From a virus, in IMG/VR virus record IMGVR_UViG_3300030117_007745, positions 48,655 through 112,654 of that record: 64,000 bases of DNA. One strand, written 5' to 3'. This document shows positions 1 through 9,726 of this stretch, piece after piece (positions within the stretch are counted from its first letter, which is position 1; each line of letters opens with the position of its first letter). Made by a program: the position numbers and the translations under genes. Below the pieces are notes generated by a model. It made no database searches. It was not told where the DNA came from and saw nothing but the letters and a program-made list of their open reading frames with translations.

Positions 1-3000
1 ATCGACAATGCAATCATTCGGCATTGTAACACTAACCCAGTATTCCCCATCAGCTCTGTGATAATATGGCTGATCCATATCTCTATACCAAGTTGGGATT
101 AGGGCCTCTGCCATTTCGGACATAAATGTCACAAGAGTTCCTTTAAGTGGCCGATTCGGAAATCTTTGCTCAAAGAATATTTTATAAGATGTTTTAGCGC
201 TGGGTGATATAGGTCTTAAAAACTTTGGATGTATGAAACCCTCTTTCCCATTGTGAGTAGAGGAGGGGTCTCTTACAACAATCTTGTTATACTCGCCTTT
301 GCCATTAACCCACTCTTTTAGAACTTTTACAGTTGTGTTATCATCTAAGTAGCCAACATTTGGCGCATTTGGGCCCGGGGCTTCTTTAAATCTAACTGTG
401 GGAACATTGAAATCTGAAAGGCAAATGTAACTAGTTACAGCAAATATGTCTTCTGGAGATTGTTCCAATATTTGGGTTGCTTTTTCTGTTACGACATCCG
501 GTGGGAATGGGGGGCAGTCAAAATCTGGATTTGATCCAAAAAGAGATGGAAAGTCATTCAAGTCCACTCCCAAAGAAGTAGAAAAATCATAATCTCCACT
601 TTCATAAGTTTCAATTAAATCGGCAGATGAAACATTTCCATTTGATTTTCCTAATAATTCTGTTATGACAAATCCTGCGTTCTCATACTCTTCTACAGTT
701 CCATCAAAAGAAGCAACCCCTTGCCCAACCATGTCCATTATAAGTTTTCTTTCGTCAATATCAAGTTCAACAACGTATCTTACTTCAACATAGCCGTAAT
801 GGCCGAAGCCAGCAAAAGAAGGCTCTGCAATAATCTTTACAGCCGCAGATGTAACTTCTTCCATAGGCTTGTTTTTGTAACTTCCCAGTTGGGCTATTCC
901 ACTAGTTGTCTGGGGTGTATTGGAGCCAGCGAACGGATCAACGCGAGTTGCTATAGTTTGATTATCTGTGCATGGGTAAATCCTCAATCCCGTCACCCAC
1001 TCTGGTATTCCATAGTTTACAATTGCCGTCAAAGATGGGTTCTGAGAAAAGGCTTCTTTTAATGCGTCTTCTTTATCTTTAAATTCGTTTAACTTTTTCC
1101 ATTCAATTTGGCTAATTTCTTGTTTAGTGCCAGCATCATATTTCCAAATTGGAAATGCCAAAGGAGATTCTTGATTAATTTTAAGATCAGGTTGATCGCC
1201 ACTGTCTCCATCTGTTTCATTGTAGTCCTTGATAACGAGGTTAGCGCTTTCACCAGTAAGGGAGCCAGTTTCCTTATAAATATCAATTTGATCTTGCTTA
1301 ATGGTACCATCTTCACCCATGGCGATAGCAGGGAGGCTCGCATCGGATAGGCCCAATTCTGAATATGTGAAGCCTTTAAGAAGAGCCTTTATCTCTTCAG
1401 ATGATAAGTTCGGATTCAAGATAGAGGGATAATACATTGGGGCCGCAGGTGCATTAAAAACATCGACATCCAGCTCATTTGCTAGGGTTGCGGCTGGATT
1501 AAGATAAGCTAAAACATTGCCGGTCTGATAGCCAGATGGCCTTTTTAAGAACATATAACTCAACAACTTTGTGGAAAAAAATACAGATTTTTCCAACATG
1601 TTAAAGCCATCGTCAGAATCTGCATGCTTGCTGTATTCTCCAACCATTTCACTCGGGATGTAATGAGATCCGCCGCCAGAAATATCTTCTGAATTAGGAA
1701 GAATTCCTTTTGTTTGCACCGGCAATTGTTCTTTTTGAAGTGGAGAAAAATACCCATTAACGGCAAATTGGTACTTATCGAAGTGGTATCCTCCTTTGCC
1801 TTGTGGATTTAAAAAATAGTCTAGGTGTAATTGTGTTTTAAATATGACTGAGAACTTATTTCTGAAATATCGTATAGTAGGATCTTCATTTTGATTCTTG
1901 ATGTCATAAAATGCTAGGGCTGCCTTTGTTTTGTCCAAAGAACCAATTATGTGTGTTGGCCCTAACTTATCATATTTATAAGATTCAATTGGTTGGCTAG
2001 AAATTTGCTTAAATTCTTGAAGTTCCCATCCTAGTCTAAATTTCCTTAAAAAACTCTTGTTCTGTAATCCATCCGGAGATTCTAGGGCTTCTGGAGTTAT
2101 TATGTCCGATGCATTAAGAGGTGTGCTAACTGTGCCACCTCCCGCCGGCGATGGTATGCGTCCCTGAGTCATAAACATAGGGACAACATCTCTAACATAT
2201 TTAAAAATTCTCGGATATATTTTATTAAGAGTTTTAGCTGGATCTTCTCTAAAAGGCAATAAATTTTGTGGTGCTACGTCTAAATTTGATGGCACAAGCT
2301 TATAAAGAGATGCTATGTTGGCTGTTTTAAAATCGATTGGAACTTGAGAATCTGGGTCGTCTACTTGCTCGATATAGCTCGCAGGATAGTGTTGCCAATC
2401 AGAAGAATTGTTAAAAGTGTCGCCTAATGTCAAGGACAAAGAGTTTAGCAAACTATCATCTATAAAAGCGTTTGGAGTCATTTGCTGTCTCCAAGTGTAG
2501 TTTCCTAGGGTTGTTTGGGCACTGCTATATAGATAGAACGCTTTTGTTCCGGGGATATATTCTCCCTGATAGTTGAAATTGCCGTCTGCCGTTGATGGAG
2601 CCCATGCTCTGCTGTATGTTCTATCTATAGGATTGCTTTCGTGACTCCATTTCCCGTAAAATCTAAGGTCCATTTGTTGAAATCCTTCGATTGTGGAATC
2701 GTTTTCTACTTTAAGGCCGGAAGCTTGGGCGTCAACACCTATTGGCTCAACATATGAAAACGACCCTCCTATGGAGGCTTGGGTCTCGCCATTGCCCAAG
2801 GATCCGTGAAGAAAATTAAAAAACTCTTTCACAGGATTATAAGATGGAGACTCGGTATTTATAGCAGTTGTGTTAAGTTTTTCAGGAATTGTTCCAAAAA
2901 TATTCTCGGGAGGAGATTGAGGGACATCATCAACAAAGGATGGCAATTCTCCAAGTTCCCCAAGTTGATATAGGCCCTTTGCGTATTCAATGAAAACAGC

Positions 3001-3591
3001 CTTGGGAGTTGCATCAAACTCAGAAGCTCCCAGCTCGTTTCCCGGTAGATCTGCGTTGTCTGCCATAAAAATACTAGTGGCTCCATCTTCAACTTGTACA
3101 GAATTAAGGCCAAAGGACTTATCTCTACTTGCGACTCTACGGCGTATCTGGAACCTATTGTCACCAAATTTTGTAGCATTTATTTGTAGATAATTCTCAT
3201 CAACAAATATTCCGGAATTAAGGTTTGCCACTGGAAATCCGAAATAGTTATACAATAAGCCATATCTGATTGCCTTGCTCAAGGCACCATTTTCAGTAAT
3301 TAATCTAGCAAAATCTTCAGGACCATAGTTTCTATAAACGTTTTGAAAAGACAACATCCCCTCTTTTCCCGGCACAGGAGAGGTTTCTTCAGCAACTGCA
3401 TCGTATAAAGGCAATCTAATGACAACCGACGACTTTATCTTTATTGGATTATTTGGTGGCTTTTGTTTGAAATAGAATTTATTTGGCAGAAATGAATTGC
3501 TGTCAACAAGGTAGTCTTCTACGAGGTCTTGGCCTGCTAGTTTAACTTCTTTATCGCCTATTACAACTATTTTAGGTGGTTTTATTGCCAT
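1..3591 (-). CDS. Large virion/tail-associated protein (>1,197 aa, runs off window start) with an SH3b-like domain; not in the supplied ORF track
   Basis: Hand translation from ATG at 3591 (MAIKPPKIVVIGDKEV...) is stop-free to base 1. The segment at ~220-400 (VRFKEAPGPNAPNVGYLDDNTTVKVLKEW...GKEGFIHPKFL) resembles a bacterial SH3 domain. Lies directly downstream of baseplate-like genes. Confidence 0.8.
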   Translation of the reverse strand, partial: MAIKPPKIVVIGDKEVKLAGQDLVEDYLVDSNSFLPNKFYFKQKPPNNPIKIKSSVVIRLPLYDAVAEETSPVPGKEGMLSFQNVYRNYGPEDFARLITENGALSKAIRYGLLYNYFGFPVANLNSGIFVDENYLQINATKFGDNRFQIRRRVASRDKSFGLNSVQVEDGATSIFMADNADLPGNELGASEFDATPKAVFIEYAKGLYQLGELGELPSFVDDVPQSPPENIFGTIPEKLNTTAINTESPSYNPVKEFFNFLHGSLGNGETQASIGGSFSYVEPIGVDAQASGLKVENDSTIEGFQQMDLRFYGKWSHESNPIDRTYSRAWAPSTADGNFNYQGEYIPGTKAFYLYSSAQTTLGNYTWRQQMTPNAFIDDSLLNSLSLTLGDTFNNSSDWQHYPASYIEQVDDPDSQVPIDFKTANIASLYKLVPSNLDVAPQNLLPFREDPAKTLNKIYPRIFKYVRDVVPMFMTQGRIPSPAGGGTVSTPLNASDIITPEALESPDGLQNKSFLRKFRLGWELQEFKQISSQPIESYKYDKLGPTHIIGSLDKTKAALAFYDIKNQNEDPTIRYFRNKFSVIFKTQLHLDYFLNPQGKGGYHFDKYQFAVNGYFSPLQKEQLPVQTKGILPNSEDISGGGSHYIPSEMVGEYSKHADSDDGFNMLEKSVFFSTKLLSYMFLKRPSGYQTGNVLAYLNPAATLANELDVDVFNAPAAPMYYPSILNPNLSSEEIKALLKGFTYSELGLSDASLPAIAMGEDGTIKQDQIDIYKETGSLTGESANLVIKDYNETDGDSGDQPDLKINQESPLAFPIWKYDAGTKQEISQIEWKKLNEFKDKEDALKEAFSQNPSLTAIVNYGIPEWVTGLRIYPCTDNQTIATRVDPFAGSNTPQTTSGIAQLGSYKNKPMEEVTSAAVKIIAEPSFAGFGHYGYVEVRYVVELDIDERKLIMDMVGQGVASFDGTVEEYENAGFVITELLGKSNGNVSSADLIETYESGDYDFSTSLGVDLNDFPSLFGSNPDFDCPPFPPDVVTEKATQILEQSPEDIFAVTSYICLSDFNVPTVRFKEAPGPNAPNVGYLDDNTTVKVLKEWVNGKGEYNKIVVRDPSSTHNGKEGFIHPKFLRPISPSAKTSYKIFFEQRFPNRPLKGTLVTFMSEMAEALIPTWYRDMDQPYYHRADGEYWVSVTMPNDCIVD

Positions 3592-3613
3592 TATTTACTT
3601 TACCTGTTCTTTA

Positions 3614-4585
3614 CTAGTTTACATGATTCGCTTTGCTATTTATATACCTAGCACCATATGGATTTAAAAATTCAATCTCTTCAGAAATATTATTAAAAGT
3701 TTGTACAATCTGAGATGGTATATCAGAAACTATTCTCTTTATCTGAGAATTGATTGTATAAATACCAAGTTCGATTGAAGGGATTGCTACTCCGGGACCT
3801 GCTGCGCCGCCTGTGGTGTGTGTATGGCAAGCTAGCATAGATTCTAGAGCTGCCTGACCTAGGGTTAGCGAATGAATCATCTGAGCCAGTCTTCTACTAT
3901 CGTCTACCATATACTTTAATAACTGCGCTAAATTTTCACCCTTTACCATTGGCTGCAAATCTGAATCATCATCTCCGGCGATGATGTCAACACCAAGTAT
4001 AACATCCATTCTTCCGCCCATTGAATTTTTTTCATCAGGTCTGGTAACCAATTTTATACCTTCTCTGGCCATAATTCTAACATTATCGGCCTTGATTCCT
4101 ATACCAGATCTACCTCTGGGGTTTCCAATTTTTCCGGGAACTAATCCAAAATTTAAATCTATGTCTGTTCTTTCTGAAATATATATTCTCGCTGAGTCTG
4201 CTACAAAATCATTATCGACTTTTAGTGTTTTATCTTTTTTGTCAACTCTCCTAGCATTTCTCCCTGATCTACCTACTACTAAATCAATTGCACTAGCGCC
4301 GCCAGCACCGATTCCGCCATATCCGCTGCCGGCCTCTCCGGGTCGGTCGCGGCCTAAAACTATGTAACTATTGTTTTGCCCTTCGTATACTGTCTCGCAT
4401 TCTACTTCATTAAAAATTGGTTTTGGTTCAATCTTTTTTTTACCCATCAAACCGCTAGCATGATAGAAGAATGGTTCTTCTGGAATCTGATCGAGTCTTT
4501 CTTTTAAGTTTTTAGACAGGGCTTCAATATAGGGTCCTTCATTAAGCTGAACTCTTTCCCCACCATCGTCATATGATATTCCCAT
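3614..4585 (-). CDS. Baseplate central spike-like protein (gpV/gp5 C-terminal type)
   Basis: Short beta-strand repeats plus an HxH (HTH) motif typical of metal-binding spike tips; structural-gene context. Confidence 0.55.
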   Translation of the reverse strand: MGISYDDGGERVQLNEGPYIEALSKNLKERLDQIPEEPFFYHASGLMGKKKIEPKPIFNEVECETVYEGQNNSYIVLGRDRPGEAGSGYGGIGAGGASAIDLVVGRSGRNARRVDKKDKTLKVDNDFVADSARIYISERTDIDLNFGLVPGKIGNPRGRSGIGIKADNVRIMAREGIKLVTRPDEKNSMGGRMDVILGVDIIAGDDDSDLQPMVKGENLAQLLKYMVDDSRRLAQMIHSLTLGQAALESMLACHTHTTGGAAGPGVAIPSIELGIYTINSQIKRIVSDIPSQIVQTFNNISEEIEFLNPYGARYINSKANHVN

Positions 4586-4599
4586 AGATCTACCTCCCC

Positions 4600-5988
4600 T
4601 TATGCAACCGCTTCTGATTTTGGAAGTGCTTTGTATTTTAATATCACTTCGTAGTCTTCCTTGCCATCACTACCTTTAACGCTTGCATAGGTACCATCCG
4701 CCAGATTCAAACGCAATTCTGCGGCAATTTTTCCTGTTGCTTTGCCGGATGGGCCCAAATTTCCCCCCGCTAATAATGCCCTGTCGCCCTCTATTTTATA
4801 AACCACATCGCCATGGCTGGCTGCCGGTTGTTTCTTATTGTTCTTTGGAAATCTTGGTTTTACTAGAATATCCCCAATGTTTGCCACAATTTTACCGGGC
4901 TGATCTCCTAATAATGAGTATGCTTTCCATGGACTACTTGCGGAGGTTTTTCCCTTTGTATCACCATTGGCACCAATATAAAAATAATGTGATTGCCTAC
5001 CAGAAAATTCTAAATCTCTAAAAATATAAGAAATAAATGCAGCGCTCCATGGTGCATCGTTTTTGTATTTCTTAGCTGGGTTTGCGTTTACGTTCTTCCA
5101 GTATTCTGCTATCCTGTCATACTCGGGCCGGCCGGGCTTATACTTTCCATTTCCCTCGTGCTTGCCATTCCAAAAATCTAATTCTTCTTGGGCTGCTTTG
5201 GTGACTTCTGTGTAATCTGTTCCCACTATAATCTTTCCTTCAGGGATTACTCTATCTTTATTAGCTAATCTCTCAGAGATTTTAGTTATAAAATTTTTAG
5301 CGTATCCGGGGGGAGGCGCTGTTCCAGTGTACTCTGAGCCGTCTCCTTCTTCCACTTCTTCTTCGCCGCCGGGGGCTGTCTCCTCCGGCGGTACAGTTTC
5401 TTCTTTTTTAAATGCCTCGGTAGATAAAATAGTTTCTCTTGCGGGAAGCTGGGGTGTTCTGCTATCAACGATATCAATATAGATTCCACCATTCATCGTT
5501 TCTTTATTCTGAAAGTCAACCCACACCAATTGCCCCCTAGATGGCACACTGACTTCAGCTGTTTGCGCTGTGAACAAAGGATATTGATTTATGATGTCAT
5601 GATCGGGACTAGAAGTAGAATCATTTGGTAAGTCTTGAGGTATTGGCAAGCATGCATGAATTTCAGGTACTCTGACTCTAATTTGCACGAGGGCCGGCCC
5701 ATCTGATGCTATATCGCCATGGATAATTGAATTTGTTGTCGCATGCCAACTAGTTGGGTCCATTGCAGCACCTTGATTTGTATACCCCTCAACTCTTAAA
5801 ACTATTCCAACCATCGGGCCCGGGTTTGCTAGGTCCTGTGTTCCAAGTGTATCTTTGGCAGTTTTCATCATCGTGCTAAAAAAACTGACTTCATCAGTAT
5901 CATAACTTTTTTTATGCTGACTATCAAAAGACGGGTTTAGGACTCCGTACCCTGCGTCAAGCATTTTATATCTACTAACCATCGCCAA
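4600..5988 (-). CDS. Baseplate hub-like protein with C-terminal DUF2272/CHAP-like peptidoglycan hydrolase domain
   Basis: N-terminal gp5/gpV OB-fold-like motifs (IRVRVPE, PSRGQLVWVDF); C-terminal PWSAAFISY...GDIL...SHGDVV...GGN. Confidence 0.6.
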   Translation of the reverse strand: MAMVSRYKMLDAGYGVLNPSFDSQHKKSYDTDEVSFFSTMMKTAKDTLGTQDLANPGPMVGIVLRVEGYTNQGAAMDPTSWHATTNSIIHGDIASDGPALVQIRVRVPEIHACLPIPQDLPNDSTSSPDHDIINQYPLFTAQTAEVSVPSRGQLVWVDFQNKETMNGGIYIDIVDSRTPQLPARETILSTEAFKKEETVPPEETAPGGEEEVEEGDGSEYTGTAPPPGYAKNFITKISERLANKDRVIPEGKIIVGTDYTEVTKAAQEELDFWNGKHEGNGKYKPGRPEYDRIAEYWKNVNANPAKKYKNDAPWSAAFISYIFRDLEFSGRQSHYFYIGANGDTKGKTSASSPWKAYSLLGDQPGKIVANIGDILVKPRFPKNNKKQPAASHGDVVYKIEGDRALLAGGNLGPSGKATGKIAAELRLNLADGTYASVKGSDGKEDYEVILKYKALPKSEAVA

Positions 5989-6265
5989 CCCCCTTTATAA
6001 GATCAAATAGTTCATTTTTATCTTGATCCGTCAGTCCCTGTTCTGCTCCGGCTTTCTTTTGTAGCAATGCACTAATCTTTACTAATTGCTCATTTGATCT
6101 TTGCAAAGTTTCAACGTATTTTGCTGCTATAGTGCCGACAGATCCCTTTTTGTCATCGTCTTTTTTCATATACTCCATCAACTCCATTAATAAAGTTGTG
6201 GTGATTGCTCTATCGCTACGTATGTTTTTAATTGCTTCGTCTATGTATGCTTCCAAATCTTTCAT
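5975..6265 (-). CDS. Hypothetical helical protein
   Basis: 96-aa ORF in the operon, preceded by the ACTATTTAT motif. Confidence 0.6.
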   Translation of the reverse strand: MKDLEAYIDEAIKNIRSDRAITTTLLMELMEYMKKDDDKKGSVGTIAAKYVETLQRSNEQLVKISALLQKKAGAEQGLTDQDKNELFDLIKGVGDG

Positions 6266-6272
6266 AACAAAA

Positions 6273-6281
6273 ATAAATAGT
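6273..6281 (-). promoter_or_regulatory. Candidate late promoter motif ACTATTTAT
   Basis: 7 nt upstream of the ATG at 6265; the motif recurs upstream of several genes. Confidence 0.5.
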
Positions 6282-6298
6282 TGTGCATTAAAAAAGTA

Positions 6299-6982
6299 TT
6301 ATAAATCGCCTCTGTCCCATTTCTTTTTAAAAACTCTATATTTTATTCTCATCTTGTTTAGATTGTTGACTACCTGTTTTGTATTAAGGCCAGTAATCTC
6401 TCTTATATAAAAATATATTGCTTTTTTATTAAAAATGTCTATTCGATCTGGGTTTGAGAAAATTAATCTAATTGCCTCGTATACCTTCTCTTCATTAGGC
6501 TTCATGTTAGAAGTTTCCCAAGAATTAACCTCTTGCCAAAAACTCATCCAAAATTCCTTTTCAACCCTCTTTGATTCATATTCATTTACAACAGTAAATT
6601 GTCTTATCTCTACATTTTTTGGTATTTGATCAAACTTTACTTCTCTTTTGTTTTCTAAAGTTGTTTTTTTAACCTTGTGGATAAACCAATTTTTAGTAAT
6701 AACACTAAAATATGAAAAAGCTTTAGAGCCTTTGTTTGGATCGTACTTATCTAATATGGTTGTAAGCCATATCTTACAATCATCTTTTAGCACTTCTATG
6801 TTTGGGAGGTTGGTAAATTTATAAGTGTAGATAATTTTATCTACCATTTCACTAAATGCAGGCTCTATATATTCAATATATAAATCAGTTCTTATCTTTA
6901 TATCATTTGTATTCGCATACTTAACGATTGCATCTTCATGAACCTGTGTAAAGTATAAGTTTTTCTTTTTTGCTTTTGGCAT
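6299..6982 (-). CDS. Phage late-transcription sigma factor (T4 gp55-like)
   Basis: NLYFT N-terminus and KYDPNKGSKAFSYFSVITKN, a sigma region-2 motif like that of gp55 homologues. Confidence 0.7.
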   Translation of the reverse strand: MPKAKKKNLYFTQVHEDAIVKYANTNDIKIRTDLYIEYIEPAFSEMVDKIIYTYKFTNLPNIEVLKDDCKIWLTTILDKYDPNKGSKAFSYFSVITKNWFIHKVKKTTLENKREVKFDQIPKNVEIRQFTVVNEYESKRVEKEFWMSFWQEVNSWETSNMKPNEEKVYEAIRLIFSNPDRIDIFNKKAIYFYIREITGLNTKQVVNNLNKMRIKYRVFKKKWDRGDL

Positions 6983-7281
6983 TATTCTTGTTCTTCATCT
7001 TCTAGGCCTTCGTTCGTTAGTGTATAGATGTCTTCAAATTCTTTTATATCTTCTATTACTTGCTTTGAGTGCCTGATCAAAGAACCTAGTGTTTCGTCTC
7101 CATAATATGTCTCCAAGGAATGTAAATTATCCAAGTGACTAGAGAAATTTTTGGCACTAACCAATAAAGATCCAATGCTATCAGAAACGTATAACAATTT
7201 TGCTAGCATCTTCCTAATATACCATATTAAAAGTGCGTTAATTCCCAAAGATAGAACTAGGGAAAAGATAAGTATACTCAA
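6982..7281 (-). CDS. Small protein with N-terminal transmembrane helix
   Basis: Hydrophobic first ~22 aa followed by a helical acidic tail. Confidence 0.6.
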   Translation of the reverse strand: MSILIFSLVLSLGINALLIWYIRKMLAKLLYVSDSIGSLLVSAKNFSSHLDNLHSLETYYGDETLGSLIRHSKQVIEDIKEFEDIYTLTNEGLEDEEQE

Positions 7282-7520
7282 TTTTTATACTCCTTTCTCA
7301 TTTGTTCTTTATCCTCACGAACTTGCTGCTTGGCATCTTCAATGTGCTGCTTAACAACTTTACCAGCGTTATTGCTATTTAAATAAATTGGGACTTCTGG
7401 TATTTTATTTAGTGCATTTTGGGCCCCGCATGCTTCGCAGTCAGTTCGGTCCTCACTCATTGAATGAAAAACCTCAAAAACCTCTTCACATTCAGAGCAC
7501 TCATACACATAGCTAGGCAT
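7278..7520 (-). CDS. FmdB-family zinc-ribbon protein
   Basis: MPSYVYECSEC...CEACG. Confidence 0.8.
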   Translation of the reverse strand: MPSYVYECSECEEVFEVFHSMSEDRTDCEACGAQNALNKIPEVPIYLNSNNAGKVVKQHIEDAKQQVREDKEQMRKEYKN

Positions 7521-7522
7521 TA

Positions 7523-7723
7523 CTATACCTCTTCAGCTACTTCTTCGCTGCCCATCTTTACAAGTGGAGGATTTTTTACGTAAAGTTGTGCCTCATCACC
7601 TTCTTTATCGGCTGCGGGTACAAATTCAAAACCCTTAATTACGGGAACAATATCGCTTTGCTCCAAAATGCTCTTTTGTAGTGCCATCATAACGGCCCCC
7701 ACTGCTTGATCTGAAAGTTTCAT
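7523..7723 (-). CDS. Hypothetical protein
   Basis: ATG at 7723 preceded by an AGGAG Shine-Dalgarno. Confidence 0.6.
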   Translation of the reverse strand: MKLSDQAVGAVMMALQKSILEQSDIVPVIKGFEFVPAADKEGDEAQLYVKNPPLVKMGSEEVAEEV

Positions 7724-7731
7724 ATATTCTC

Positions 7732-8688
7732 CTACCATTTAAAATTATCTATGTAGAATTTTACCATCTTTTCTACTTCTTCGTTAAATATTTTTTCAGG
7801 TTTCCAGCCCAAAGATCGCAACTTGTCATCATTTAGGGCATACCTTACGTCTTGTCCAAGCCTTTTGTAGCCAAGATCTACATATTGTTGCCAATTCTCG
7901 TCTGTTCCATGGTAAGCTTTGATGACTTTTCTAACAGTTTCCCTGTTTTCTTGCTCAAATCCGCCGGCGATGTTGTAAATTTCGTTTGTTTTTCCACTAT
8001 TTATGATAGTTACAACTGCATTTGCCGTATCTTCAGCATGTAACCAGTTTCTTATAGGCTTACCCTCATCATGAAGTCTAATTTTTTTACCTCTCATTAA
8101 AAGTTTGACTGTTAAAGGGACCAGTTTCTCTGGATACTGGTAAGAGCCATAGTTGTTTGTAGGTCGAAGGATAATATACTCTAATCCATAAGTTCTTGCC
8201 CAAGATTTTACAAGCATATCTGCGGCCGCTTTGGAGGCAGAGTATGGATTACTAGGGTTTAGGGGGTCAGTTTCTATGTGTTCTCCGTCTGCTATGTCAC
8301 CATACACTTCATCAGTACTAAATTGCAAAAATACGGGCCTTTCTACAACATTATTTGGCTTTTTTTTGATTAATTCTAATAAATTGTGCACTCCATCGAC
8401 ATTTGTTCTTAAAAATTCTTTACTATCAAGAATACTATTGCCAACATGAGTTTCTGCCGCAACATTAATGACATAATCGCAATCTGGTAAGCTCTTTAGC
8501 TCTGTTATATCCTCATCAATAAAAGTAAAGTTATCTTTATAATGAGTTTTGAATTTTCTGATCAAACTAGGGTTTGATGCGTATGTTTTGTTGTCTATAC
8601 CATACACTTTCCAGCCTTGACCTAAGCACTTATTCGTCACATGAGACCCAATAAACCCCAAACAACCTGTTATAACAACTAATTTCAT
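7732..8688 (-). CDS. rfbB: dTDP-glucose 4,6-dehydratase
   Basis: GCLGFIG, AAETHV, STDEVYG, YSASK, NNYG..QYPEK motifs. Confidence 0.85.
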   Translation of the reverse strand: MKLVVITGCLGFIGSHVTNKCLGQGWKVYGIDNKTYASNPSLIRKFKTHYKDNFTFIDEDITELKSLPDCDYVINVAAETHVGNSILDSKEFLRTNVDGVHNLLELIKKKPNNVVERPVFLQFSTDEVYGDIADGEHIETDPLNPSNPYSASKAAADMLVKSWARTYGLEYIILRPTNNYGSYQYPEKLVPLTVKLLMRGKKIRLHDEGKPIRNWLHAEDTANAVVTIINSGKTNEIYNIAGGFEQENRETVRKVIKAYHGTDENWQQYVDLGYKRLGQDVRYALNDDKLRSLGWKPEKIFNEEVEKMVKFYIDNFKW

Positions 8689-9066
8689 CTAATCTCCCTT
8701 GTGAATCCTGTGACTGTCACTATCGAAGTGTTGTGTTGAAAATTCAAACAATTCGGTGTCCTCTAAAGCTATCATTTGGTGCCTTAAACCTCTGTAAACA
8801 TGGAAGTTATCGCCTCTATTCAAGATTAACTCCTTTGCAGACTCAATATCATCTTCGTCAGAGTACTTAACCAACATTTTACCTGACTGAATATAAAATA
8901 CCTCGTCTTTTAACTCATGATAATGCCATGAACACCTCTTGCCCTTGACAAAATAGAGCAATTTTCCACAATATTCTTCATTATTTACGATCCACTTTTC
9001 AAATCCCCAACCTTTAGGGACAAATTTCATTGGTAAAGAAGTGTCCATCACTAATCCCCTTATCAT
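8689..9066 (-). CDS. Cupin-fold sugar isomerase (mannose-6-P isomerase/lyxose isomerase-like); true start probably 9030
   Basis: KGWGFE, SWHYH..KDE, H motif. Confidence 0.75.
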   Translation of the reverse strand: MIRGLVMDTSLPMKFVPKGWGFEKWIVNNEEYCGKLLYFVKGKRCSWHYHELKDEVFYIQSGKMLVKYSDEDDIESAKELILNRGDNFHVYRGLRHQMIALEDTELFEFSTQHFDSDSHRIHKGD

Positions 9067-9349
9067 CTATGTATAGGTCTCCGCTTGGTTTACCTAAAAT
9101 TAACTGGTGGTATTTAACTTTCCAAGAATTTAATTGATTTTCCGTCAAAGCGTAAAATTCTTGTATCGCTAAAGTAGCATTATTGTTATACCTGCCCATC
9201 CCTCGGGCCGTAAAGAAAACTATTTCATTTCCTTCATCATAAAGCCTATTTATAAATTCTATTCTGTGATCATAGGGCTCTGACTTGTCATAATCTTCAT
9301 TATCTTTTTTGTAACAAATTGTTCCGTCAATGTCAAAAACATATCTCAT
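9014..9349 (-). CDS. HAD-superfamily phosphatase (capsule-biosynthesis type)
   Basis: FDIDGTI, TARG, GKP, YIDDK. Confidence 0.8.
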   Translation of the reverse strand: MRYVFDIDGTICYKKDNEDYDKSEPYDHRIEFINRLYDEGNEIVFFTARGMGRYNNNATLAIQEFYALTENQLNSWKVKYHQLILGKPSGDLYIDDKGISDGHFFTNEICP

Positions 9350-9726
9350 AACTTACTCAACGTGCTAGTAGTGGAATAACCATCAATATAATTAAATATT
9401 TTAACATCACACAAGTCGCTACCAACAACTGTGCTGACTGTATAATCACCACCTTTAACTATTATATCAGGTTTTGTCTGTTTTATTAAGTTATAAGGAG
9501 TGTCTTCGTCAAATATATGCACTTCGTCAACATACTTACAAGAAAGAAGCATAAATATTCTGTCTTCCTGAGAAAAGACTGGCCTAGATGGGCCCTTTAA
9601 CTCCCTGACACTAGTGTCGCTATTTAGGCCAACGATAACATAGCCTAGAGATTTGCAATACCTAAGCAGTTCAAAGTGCCCTCGATGCAATACATCAAAG
9701 CACCCATTGGTAAAAATCTTCTTCAT
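9346..9726 (-). CDS. rfaE2: RfaE/HldE domain II-like nucleotidyltransferase (heptose-1-P adenylyltransferase-like)
   Basis: TNGCFDVLHRGH, GLNSD..V..LKG..RP, KGGDY, GYSTT. Confidence 0.8.
   Translation of the reverse strand: MKKIFTNGCFDVLHRGHFELLRYCKSLGYVIVGLNSDTSVRELKGPSRPVFSQEDRIFMLLSCKYVDEVHIFDEDTPYNLIKQTKPDIIVKGGDYTVSTVVGSDLCDVKIFNYIDGYSTTSTLSKL

Noticed and set aside
721-3193. Short ORFs listed in the track in the first 3.2 kb
   Set aside because: They are shadow frames of the long minus-strand ORF at 1-3591.
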